A stretch of DNA of 64,000 nt, from contig CAMSIF010000001.1 of the NCBI GenBank assembly GCA_947058885.1, forward strand, positions 19,997 to 83,996. Reading direction: 5' to 3'. Every line of letters begins with the position of its first letter. The stretch's first letter is position 1. Positions 17,727 through 24,696 of the stretch are shown in pieces. The position numbers and the translations under genes are program-made. The notes under the pieces are model-generated. The model was not told where the DNA came from, did no database searches, and saw only the letters and a program-made list of their open reading frames with translations. This stretch comes from an uncultured Clostridia bacterium. Its GTDB lineage: Bacteria > Bacillota > Clostridia > Oscillospirales > Oscillospiraceae.

Positions 17727-17764
17727 AAAATTCGTGCACGAATTGTAAAAATTCGTACACGAAT
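17727..17764 (-). promoter_or_regulatory. Two 17-nt direct repeats (each an inverted repeat ATTCGT-NN-ACGAAT), 21 bp apart, upstream of the ABC exporter promoter
   Basis: Plus strand: AAAATTCGTGCACGAAT (17727-17743) and AAAATTCGTACACGAAT (17748-17764), 16/17 identical. On the minus strand they are followed after 24 nt by TGA-TATACT (extended -10, 17702-17697), with a poor -35. Confidence 0.6.
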
Positions 17765-17770
17765 AGCAAT

Positions 17771-18499
17771 CTACAGCGGCAGAAGAATTTCCGTAGCGAA
17801 CACCCCCGGTTCGTTTTGCCGGTTGACGTACCCGCCGTACTTCTCCACCACCCGGTCAATACGCTTGAGGCCATGTCCGTGATTGCCACGCTTGGAGGAA
17901 ATATAGGCGGCGTCCAGCTTCCGGACCGTCTCGGTAGTGGCGTTGCTCACGGAGACGTAGAGCTGCTTCTTAAACACGCCGATATATAGTCTGAGAAACC
18001 TCTCCGGTTCCGCCACCTTCTCGCAGGCCTCCACCGCGTTGTCAATAAGGTTCCCCAGTATCACGCACAGGTCAATATCGGAAACCGCCAGATTCTGGGG
18101 CACCTGGGCTTTAAAGTTCAGTTCAATCCCCTTTTTCAGCGCTATCGACAGCTTCGCGTTGAGAATAGCGTCCACCCCAGTATTCCCCGTCTCCGCCAGG
18201 GCCCGTATCCCATCCAAGTCCTCCTCCAGCCGGTCCAGATACGCCCTGGCCTCAGCCGTCTGGCCCACGTCCAGTCTGGCCTTGAGGGTTTGCAGATGGT
18301 TATGGTAGTCGTGCCGCCACCCCCGCATCGTCAGGTACAAGTTCTGCACCTCAGCAATCTGGCGTGCCAAAAGCTTATTCTGGTAAACGGCAATACGGCG
18401 GTCTGACCGGCGGCGCAGCAGCCACACCGCCAACGTCCCCGCCCCCGCCGCCAGCAAAGCCAACGCCCCCGCCAAAACAGGCATCATCCACACTTCCAT
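17771..18499 (-). CDS. GHKL sensor histidine kinase of the AgrC/ComD (HPK10, LytTR-partnered) type with a single N-terminal TM helix
   Basis: H-box WRHDYHNHLQTL, N-box ILGNLIDNAVEA, G-box KRGNHGHGLKRIDRVVEKYGG. There is only one TM helix (MPVLAGALALLAAGAGTLAVWLL). 242 aa. RBS GGGAGA. Confidence 0.8.
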   Translation of the reverse strand: MEVWMMPVLAGALALLAAGAGTLAVWLLRRRSDRRIAVYQNKLLARQIAEVQNLYLTMRGWRHDYHNHLQTLKARLDVGQTAEARAYLDRLEEDLDGIRALAETGNTGVDAILNAKLSIALKKGIELNFKAQVPQNLAVSDIDLCVILGNLIDNAVEACEKVAEPERFLRLYIGVFKKQLYVSVSNATTETVRKLDAAYISSKRGNHGHGLKRIDRVVEKYGGYVNRQNEPGVFATEILLPL

Positions 18500-18566
18500 A
18501 TCATATCTCCCATAGCAGCCTCAATACACCCCTAGTATACCCCATTTCCAACGCCCCCGCAAGCCC

Positions 18567-18596
18567 TTGACTTCCAGGAACCTCCCGTGCTACAAT
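18567..18596 (+). promoter_or_regulatory. Sigma-A-type promoter of the 90-aa ORF
   Basis: TTGACT (18567-18572), 18 nt, TGC-TACAAT (18591-18596). Confidence 0.5.
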
Positions 18597-18651
18597 GGCG
18601 GCATAGAGAAGAAATCCCCCGGCTCCCCCCGGGGAACAGGAGGTACCTGCT

Positions 18652-18924
18652 ATGATGTATCAGATTGTCCGCATTACCGACCGGGAGGGCGTCGCCAAGG
18701 CCAACCCCGAAGACAAAGCCCGCCTGGGCTGTATCGGCGAGGCCAAGATGGAGGGCGGCTGTGTGCTGTTCCACTGCCGCTACGACCGTCAGGGCAATCC
18801 CTGCGACCGCTTCACCCGCACCAGCCTCGTCCAGAACTGGAAGAAGGACAAGGAGAGCGGACGGATTGTGGTGGAGACCATGAACAGCGTCTACCAACTG
18901 GACCCTATCAACACGAATACATAA
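18652..18924 (+). CDS. Small hypothetical protein (90 aa, four Cys)
   Basis: Strong RBS AGGAGG 8 nt upstream, with its own promoter and its own strong terminator. No recognisable domain. Confidence 0.55.
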   Translation: MMYQIVRITDREGVAKANPEDKARLGCIGEAKMEGGCVLFHCRYDRQGNPCDRFTRTSLVQNWKKDKESGRIVVETMNSVYQLDPINTNT

Positions 18925-18925
18925 G

Positions 18926-18973
18926 AATGACTGCCGGGTTGCCCTCCAGACTTCCCGGCAGTCATTCTTTTTC
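18926..18973 (+). terminator. Intrinsic terminator of the 90-aa ORF
   Basis: 13-bp stem AATGACTGCCGGG / CCCGGCAGTCATT followed by CTTTTTC. Confidence 0.75.
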
Positions 18974-19003
18974 TTGAAAGAAAAAGAATCAAAAAGAACT
19001 TTA
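18964..19003. repeat. Copy 2 of the AT-rich hairpin repeat (inverted relative to 1126-1164)
   Basis: ATTCTTTTTCTTGAAAGAAAAAGAATCAAAAAGAACTTTA. Its reverse complement differs from copy 1 only at two positions that pair with each other in the hairpin. Confidence 0.7.
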
Positions 19004-19018
19004 TTCGCGCTCTTCCTG

Positions 19019-19936
19019 TTAGAAAATGCTTAAATAGAGAGCCTTGCTCAACTGCTCAAGGAGCTGTATGCCGCCCAGACTGTTCCCCTTCTGGTCCAAC
19101 GCCGGCGCGTAAATACCAATGCCCATCCGCGTGGGAACCACAGCCATAATGCCGCCCGCTACCCCGCTCTTCGCCGGTACGCCCACCCGGATGGCAAACT
19201 CCCCGGAGCCGTCATACATCCCGCACGTCATCAAAATAGCGTTGACATACCGTGCCAGCGGCGCGGGAAACACCCGCTCATTGGAAACCGGCAGCCTCCC
19301 CCGGTTGGACAGCACCGCCCCAATATGGGCCAACGCCCGGCAGTCCACCTGGATAGAGCAGGCCCGGAAATAACAGTCCAATACCTCCTCCACGCTGTCC
19401 TCCAGCAGTCCATTGGATTTCAGCAAATAGGCCAACGCCCGGTTTTTACTGCCGTGGCTCTTCTCCGACTGATAGACCGCCTCGTCAACGCCAATCTCAT
19501 TGTCCCCCGCCAGCTGCCGCGTCAGCCCCAGCAGCCGCTGAAAACGCTCCTCGTAGCTGCCGCCCCGGATGAGCGTACACATCACAATCGCTCCCATATT
19601 GACCATGGGATTGATATGCCCGCTGTCCAGAGCCCTCTCCCCCGCGTTGATGGCGTCAAAGGGCTTGCCGGTCGCCTCCACGCCCACCCGCTTCTGCACC
19701 AGGTCCGGCCCGTTATCCAGCAAGGCCTGGAGCAGAAGGATCGGCTTCACAACGCTCTGAATGGTAAACTTTTGGCGGCAGTCTCCCGCCCAGCTGTGCT
19801 TCCCCTCGCTGCCAATCACATAGACCCCCAAAGCCTCCGGATTCCCCTTCGCCAATTCAGGAATATAATCCGCCACACGCCCCTGGCCTGTGGCGGGACG
19901 GCACTCCTCCAGCAAGCGTTCCAGAAGTTCCTCCAT
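19019..19936 (-). CDS. glsA: Glutaminase A
   Basis: 305 aa. GRVADYIPELAK, the serine-lysine motif FTIQSVVKP, NPMVNMGAI and SGVAGGI are typical of the GlsA family. Confidence 0.92.
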   Translation of the reverse strand: MEELLERLLEECRPATGQGRVADYIPELAKGNPEALGVYVIGSEGKHSWAGDCRQKFTIQSVVKPILLLQALLDNGPDLVQKRVGVEATGKPFDAINAGERALDSGHINPMVNMGAIVMCTLIRGGSYEERFQRLLGLTRQLAGDNEIGVDEAVYQSEKSHGSKNRALAYLLKSNGLLEDSVEEVLDCYFRACSIQVDCRALAHIGAVLSNRGRLPVSNERVFPAPLARYVNAILMTCGMYDGSGEFAIRVGVPAKSGVAGGIMAVVPTRMGIGIYAPALDQKGNSLGGIQLLEQLSKALYLSIF

Positions 19937-19974
19937 ATGCTTCCCGCCTCTCTATAAAAATCGTCGTAATTTTA

Positions 19975-20763
19975 TCACGCTCTGCCCTTCCCGTCAAGCG
20001 CTCTGTTTTCCTCGCACCACTTCGCTATTTCCGCAATCAGCTCCAGCGGAAGCGGCTTGCTGTACGGAAGCTGAATCGTCCCCTTGCTGGTCTTATACTC
20101 CGTCAGCCGTCCGGCAAACGCCTCCACCGCCTCCGGGCCGGGGTACAGCCCCACGTGCCGCTTGGACGCCGCGAACTGAATCAGATTCCGCCCCTTCCAA
20201 TAGGTAGGCATACTCCAGGAAATCTTTTCCACCGCCTCCGGAATACTGCCCTTAATCGCCTCGTTCACCTGCCGCAGATACTCCCTCGCCTCCTCCGGCT
20301 GTGCGGCGATATACTCCTCAATGGTCGCCGGAGGCTTCCCGCAGTAATGGCTCTGCTCCTTGTTTTGGAAGGACCGCCCGCACCTGGGACATACCCACAT
20401 AGCCGTTTCCCCCTGCCCTCGAAGAATTTTATCCATCGGTTTTCCCTTGGCCAATTCGTCAATCAATTTGTCCAGATACCGGACCTCCCGCATAAAGGGG
20501 TCCTCCACCTCCTCCACCCGCACGCCGCAGATAACGCCCTTAATCAGCGTCCGGTTCGGGTTGAGTTGGGGGGCGCTGCGGAAAAAGTCCCCATAGCAAA
20601 CCGAGGCGGCCCGGGACTGCTCCAGCTGCTCCGCGCTGTACCCCGTCAGCCAGCAGATGACTTCATCCACCTCTTCCCCCGTCCGTCCCTTCCGGACGGC
20701 CTTGTCCAGTAGAAGCCCATATATCTTCCCAAAATCCATTTGAAACACTTTTTCATGGTTCAT
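19975..20763 (-). CDS. Fusion protein: DUF2200-like N-terminal domain, Zn-ribbon, DUF1801 (YdhG-like) C-terminal domain
   Basis: The N-terminus [32 protein letters not shown] resembles DUF2200. The central [20 protein letters not shown] is a Zn ribbon. The C-terminus [25 protein letters not shown]...[21 protein letters not shown] resembles DUF1801. The start is at MNHEK (20763). Confidence 0.65.
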   Translation of the reverse strand: MNHEKVFQMDFGKIYGLLLDKAVRKGRTGEEVDEVICWLTGYSAEQLEQSRAASVCYGDFFRSAPQLNPNRTLIKGVICGVRVEEVEDPFMREVRYLDKLIDELAKGKPMDKILRGQGETAMWVCPRCGRSFQNKEQSHYCGKPPATIEEYIAAQPEEAREYLRQVNEAIKGSIPEAVEKISWSMPTYWKGRNLIQFAASKRHVGLYPGPEAVEAFAGRLTEYKTSKGTIQLPYSKPLPLELIAEIAKWCEENRALDGKGRA

Positions 20764-20811
20764 ATTCCACACACTCCCGGCGATATCGCGGTATTTTCCG
20801 CACGCGGCGGA

Positions 20812-20850
20812 CGTAAAAATATCAGGGGTGTTTTCAGAAACACCCCTGAT
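20812..20850 (-). terminator. Intrinsic terminator of the yceD-rpmF operon
   Basis: ATCAGGGGTGTTT-TCAG-AAACACCCCTGAT (20821-20850), followed on the minus strand by ATTTTTAC. Confidence 0.75.
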
Positions 20851-20898
20851 GATTCCATTATGCCTCTGGACGGACGCCTTTAAAGCGTTCCCACCCGC

Positions 20899-21087
20899 TT
20901 ACTCCTCCACAGCGGCGCTCTTGACCTGACGGCCATTGTACGTACCGCACTCGGGACACATCCGGTGGGACAGGCGCATCGCGCCGCACTTGGGGCAAGC
21001 GGTCAGATTGGGAGCGGAGAGCTTCCAAACGGAGCTGCGCCGCTTATCGCGCCTTGCCTTTGAAACTTTACCCTTGGGGACTGCCAT
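20899..21087 (-). CDS. rpmF: 50S ribosomal protein L32
   Basis: MAVPKGKVSKARRDKRRS...CPKCG...CPECG is the canonical Zn-ribbon L32. RBS AGGAGGTG. Confidence 0.95.
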   Translation of the reverse strand: MAVPKGKVSKARRDKRRSSVWKLSAPNLTACPKCGAMRLSHRMCPECGTYNGRQVKSAAVEE

Positions 21088-21121
21088 GATGACACCTCCT
21101 GCATATCTGAATTTTTATTTA

Positions 21122-21628
21122 TCAAGCGTCGGAATGTTTCTCCAGAAGCTGTGCCAACGCCGCCCATCGGGGGTCTGTCTCCTTTTTGCAGGTACAGCTC
21201 CCTTGGTTGAGATTGACGCCGCAGCCGGGGCACAGCCCCTTGCAGTCCTCTGAACAAAGCGTCTTGCCGTCCATCTCCAGGATGAACGCCGTCCGGGCCA
21301 GTTCGCCTATATCTACCACGCCATCCTCCAGAAGGACGATTTCGTCATTCTCCCCATTCTCCAGCTCCTGGGCGAGGATATACTCGCACTCCACTGATTT
21401 GGGGTTGTCGAAGGTTTTCAGGCAGCGGTCACAGACAGATTGGAGGACCGTGCTCGCCGTAAAGCGCAAAAGCAGCATCTCCGCAGTATTCCGCGCCTCG
21501 CCGGTTACCACCACCGGGCTTTGCGCGGGGTACAGGCCGCCGAAGTCCACATCGGACAAGTCCAGCTCAAACTGGAAAGGTATCCGCTCTCCGGGAGCAT
21601 TGATGATCTTTTGTACATTCAGAAGCAT
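21122..21628 (-). CDS. yceD: YceD/DUF177 family protein (23S rRNA accumulation protein)
   Basis: Conserved position immediately upstream of rpmF. C-terminal CSEDCKGLCPGCGVNLNQGSCTC motif. Confidence 0.85.
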   Translation of the reverse strand: MLLNVQKIINAPGERIPFQFELDLSDVDFGGLYPAQSPVVVTGEARNTAEMLLLRFTASTVLQSVCDRCLKTFDNPKSVECEYILAQELENGENDEIVLLEDGVVDIGELARTAFILEMDGKTLCSEDCKGLCPGCGVNLNQGSCTCKKETDPRWAALAQLLEKHSDA

Positions 21629-21655
21629 AGCACACCTCGTAAAGACACGATTACT

Positions 21656-21684
21656 ATTATAATCAAAAGGATACCGCTTGTCAA
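21656..21684 (-). promoter_or_regulatory. Consensus sigma-A promoter of yceD-rpmF
   Basis: Minus strand: TTGACA (21684-21679), 17 nt, TATAAT (21661-21656). Confidence 0.65.
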
Positions 21685-21706
21685 TAAGTTTTTCGGAATC
21701 TCCCGC

Positions 21707-22588
21707 TTACGCCCCGTTCAAACCGTCTCCGTCCACCACCCGGCTGATTCCCATAGCGAACGCGCCCGGTCCCGTGTGACAGGCGATGCTCAGAGACAGC
21801 GGGTCATACTGAATTTCCACCCCCGGAAACGCCTGGGCGGCCAGAGCCAGCCATTCCGCCTCTTCCTCCCGCGTCTGGAAGGTGCCGGAGGCGTCGATAC
21901 GGATGGGTACGCCCCGGCGGCGGCAGTCCTCCACGCTCTCCCGCATCGCCTCCAGCAGCCGGGCCTTGCACTGCCGCGTGCCCCGAACCTTGGCGAAGGT
22001 ATCCAGCTTCTCTCCCCGAATGACCAGCAGCGGCTTAATCCCCAGCACCGTGCCCATAGCCGCTACAGCCGGGGTGATACGCCCTCCTTTTTTCAGGTAC
22101 TCCAAGGTGTCCACACCAATATAAATAAGGGTATCTCCTCCCGCAGCCTCCAGCCGCTCCTGAATCTCCTCTGCCCGGAGGCCCCTGCGGACCAGAGCCG
22201 CCGCGTCCCGGACGGCATTTTTCTGGGGCACAGAAATCTGGTGGTTATCCGCCACCCGCACCCGGCCTCCATACCCGGAAGCCAGAGCCAGGGCGGTCTG
22301 ACAGGAACCGCTCAACCCGCTGGTCATGGGAATATAGATTAACTCGTCGTACCCGGAGGCGAGGACGTTGTCCCACATGGTGGTCACATCGTCCGGGGAG
22401 GGCTGTGAGCTGGAGACACTCCGGCCCTCCCGCTGGAATTGGTAGAACTGTTCCGGAAAAATATTGACTCCCTCATAGAAAATCTCATTGTCGATGATAA
22501 CCGGCATGGGCACCACGTGGACGCCCCACCGTTCCGCCAGGTCTCTGGAAATGCCGCTGTTGCTGTCGGTAACAACCGCTGTTTTCAT
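21707..22588 (-). CDS. DegV family fatty-acid-binding protein
   Basis: MKTAVVTDSNSGI..., SSQPSP and LSGSCQTA are DegV hallmarks. 293 aa. Confidence 0.9.
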   Translation of the reverse strand: MKTAVVTDSNSGISRDLAERWGVHVVPMPVIIDNEIFYEGVNIFPEQFYQFQREGRSVSSSQPSPDDVTTMWDNVLASGYDELIYIPMTSGLSGSCQTALALASGYGGRVRVADNHQISVPQKNAVRDAAALVRRGLRAEEIQERLEAAGGDTLIYIGVDTLEYLKKGGRITPAVAAMGTVLGIKPLLVIRGEKLDTFAKVRGTRQCKARLLEAMRESVEDCRRRGVPIRIDASGTFQTREEEAEWLALAAQAFPGVEIQYDPLSLSIACHTGPGAFAMGISRVVDGDGLNGA

Positions 22589-22619
22589 AGTCCGCGGACC
22601 TCTCTTTCGTCGTATTGCG

Positions 22620-23984
22620 TTATGGCTCTTTCACCGCGTCCAGACGGTCGAAGGTGTGGAGCCAATCCGCCTTAAAGTAGTAAATCAGGAACAAAACCGC
22701 GCTGAGGGACCAGGTCAGCGGGTAGGCGGTGAAGACCACCAGAATATTCTCCCAAATCCCCACCGCTATGGTGATGTACGCCACCCGGACCACGCACCAG
22801 ATGGCCATCATAATCAGCATCGGCACCGTGGCCTTACCCGCGCCCCGGAGAATCCCGGCCATACAGTGGTTGAGGGCCAGCAGGCAGTAGAAGGGGGAAA
22901 TAATCCGGGCCTGCCGGACGCCAAAGGCCACCACCTCCGGATCATTGTTGAAAAGGCCGATGAAAAAGGGAGCCGCCAGCCAGATGACTACCCCGATGAA
23001 CTCCGCCGTCAGCATGGAACAGGCCATGCCGAATCTGGCCCCCTGTTTCACCCGCTCATGGTGCTTGGCCCCCAGATTCTGGCCCACGAAGGTGGCCAGA
23101 GCCATAGAGAAGCAGGTGACCGGCAGGAAGGCAAACCCCTCGATTTTGCTGTAGGAGCCGCACCCGGCCATAGCGCTGTCGCCAAAAGCGTTAATGTTCG
23201 CCTGCACCATGACGTTGGCAAAGCCGATGACCGAATTTTGCACGCCCGAGGGCAGGCCGAACCGGACAATCAGTCCCAGCATGGACCAATCCAGCCGGAT
23301 ACGCCGCAGTTCCACCCGATAGACCTCCTCCGTCCGGACCAGACGCCGCAGGCACAGGACGGCGGACACCCCCTGGGAGATAGCGGTAGCCGCCGCCGCC
23401 GAGGCCACTCCCCACCGGAACACACCTACAAACAGCAGGTCCAGGACCACGTTAATCAGCGAGGAAGTGATGAGGTAGTAAAGGGGATGGCGGCTGTCGC
23501 CCACCGCCTGGAGGATTCCGGTGGAGATGTTGTAGAGGAACAACGCCGCGCAGCCAAAGAAATAGGTGCGGAAATAGGAGATGGACTGGGGCAGCACGTT
23601 GTCCGGCGTACCCATCCAGCGGAGGATATAGGGCGTCAGCAGTACGCCCACGACGGTCATAAGAAGTCCTGCGGCGATAGCGAAGGCCAGGTCCGTATGG
23701 ATGGCCTTTTGCAGCTTCTCCTGGTCTCCCGCGCCGTAATACTTGGAGATGAGCACACCCGCGCCCATGGCCATACCGCTGAGAAAGCCAACCAGCATGA
23801 AAATCAAATTGCCGGAGGAGCTGACGGCTGCCAGGGCCTCTTTGCCGATGAAGTTGCCGACGATAAGGGTATCGGCGGTGTTGTAGAGCTGTTGAAACAG
23901 GTTGCCGAGGAAAATGGGAATCGCGAAGGACAATAGCCCTTTCCAGATGCTTCCCTCAATCATAGATGGCTGCCGGTGGTTCAA
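22620..23984 (-). CDS. MATE family efflux transporter
   Basis: 12-TM protein with N-terminus IWKGLLSFAIPIFLGNLFQQLYNTADTLIVGNFIGKEALAAV typical of NorM/MatE. TTG start at 23984 (RBS GAGGTG 7 nt upstream). ATG 23963 is an alternative. Confidence 0.88.
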   Translation of the reverse strand: MNHRQPSMIEGSIWKGLLSFAIPIFLGNLFQQLYNTADTLIVGNFIGKEALAAVSSSGNLIFMLVGFLSGMAMGAGVLISKYYGAGDQEKLQKAIHTDLAFAIAAGLLMTVVGVLLTPYILRWMGTPDNVLPQSISYFRTYFFGCAALFLYNISTGILQAVGDSRHPLYYLITSSLINVVLDLLFVGVFRWGVASAAAATAISQGVSAVLCLRRLVRTEEVYRVELRRIRLDWSMLGLIVRFGLPSGVQNSVIGFANVMVQANINAFGDSAMAGCGSYSKIEGFAFLPVTCFSMALATFVGQNLGAKHHERVKQGARFGMACSMLTAEFIGVVIWLAAPFFIGLFNNDPEVVAFGVRQARIISPFYCLLALNHCMAGILRGAGKATVPMLIMMAIWCVVRVAYITIAVGIWENILVVFTAYPLTWSLSAVLFLIYYFKADWLHTFDRLDAVKEP

Positions 23985-24196
23985 TAGGATTCACCTCTGT
24001 TTTCTAGTAGCAGTTTGACTAGTTTACTCTATTTCCGGCAATCTGGCAAGGGGGTTTTGAGAGAAAAATTCGTTTTAGAACTAAATTTTTACTCTATTTT
24101 TTGTGCAAAACGCAGAACCTTGCGTTGGAGGAGCGATATGTGGTATACTCATTATATTAAAGCTTGCTCACAATCCAGCGGAAAAGAGGAGAACAT

Positions 24197-24589
24197 ATGC
24201 TGCAAAAATTGAACGCCAAATTCCAATCCGACTGCTTCGCCACGGAGACCCTGGGAGCCGTCATCCGGGAGGCGGAGCCGGGACGGGCGGTCTGCGCTCT
24301 GGAGCTGCGGCCCTGCCATATGAACGCTAACCACGTCCCCATGGGCGGGGCCATTTTCACTCTGGCGGATTTTGCCTTCGCGGTAGCGGCCAACGGCTTT
24401 TCAGAGACGGACACCGTTTCTCAGCACGCTTCCATTACGTTTCTCGCCCCCGCCAAGGGGCGGGAGCTTCTGGCGGAAGCCCGGCGTCTGAAAGCGGGAC
24501 GGACCACCTGCCTGTACGAAGTGGAAGTCCGGGACGAGGTGGGAACCTATGTGGCGCACGCGGTTGTAAACGGGTTTACGATAGGATAG
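24197..24589 (+). CDS. PaaI-family (hotdog fold) thioesterase
   Basis: The NANHVPMGGAIFTLADFAFAVA motif and size (130 aa) fit PaaI/YdiI-type thioesterases. RBS GAGGAG. The start is at MLQKLN. Confidence 0.8.
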   Translation: MLQKLNAKFQSDCFATETLGAVIREAEPGRAVCALELRPCHMNANHVPMGGAIFTLADFAFAVAANGFSETDTVSQHASITFLAPAKGRELLAEARRLKAGRTTCLYEVEVRDEVGTYVAHAVVNGFTIG

Positions 24590-24696
24590 GCGCGGCCGCC
24601 GGACAGACAAAATCCGGCGGCATCCGCAATTCCCCATTGACTTTATCTGTTAAAAGTAGTAAAGTGCAGTCAAACTGTTTTTTAGGAGAACGCGCT

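Noticed and set aside
18532-18977. Alternative ORFs (121 aa minus strand, 136 aa and 72 aa plus strand) overlapping the 90-aa gene
   Set aside because: None has an RBS, and the minus-strand one would run into the promoter region. The 18652-18924 frame is the only one bracketed by promoter, AGGAGG and terminator.
22488-23936. 482-aa plus-strand ORF across the MATE transporter gene
   Set aside because: It is antisense to a 12-TM MATE protein. It is His/Gly/Arg/Gln-rich with no hydrophobic or domain pattern.
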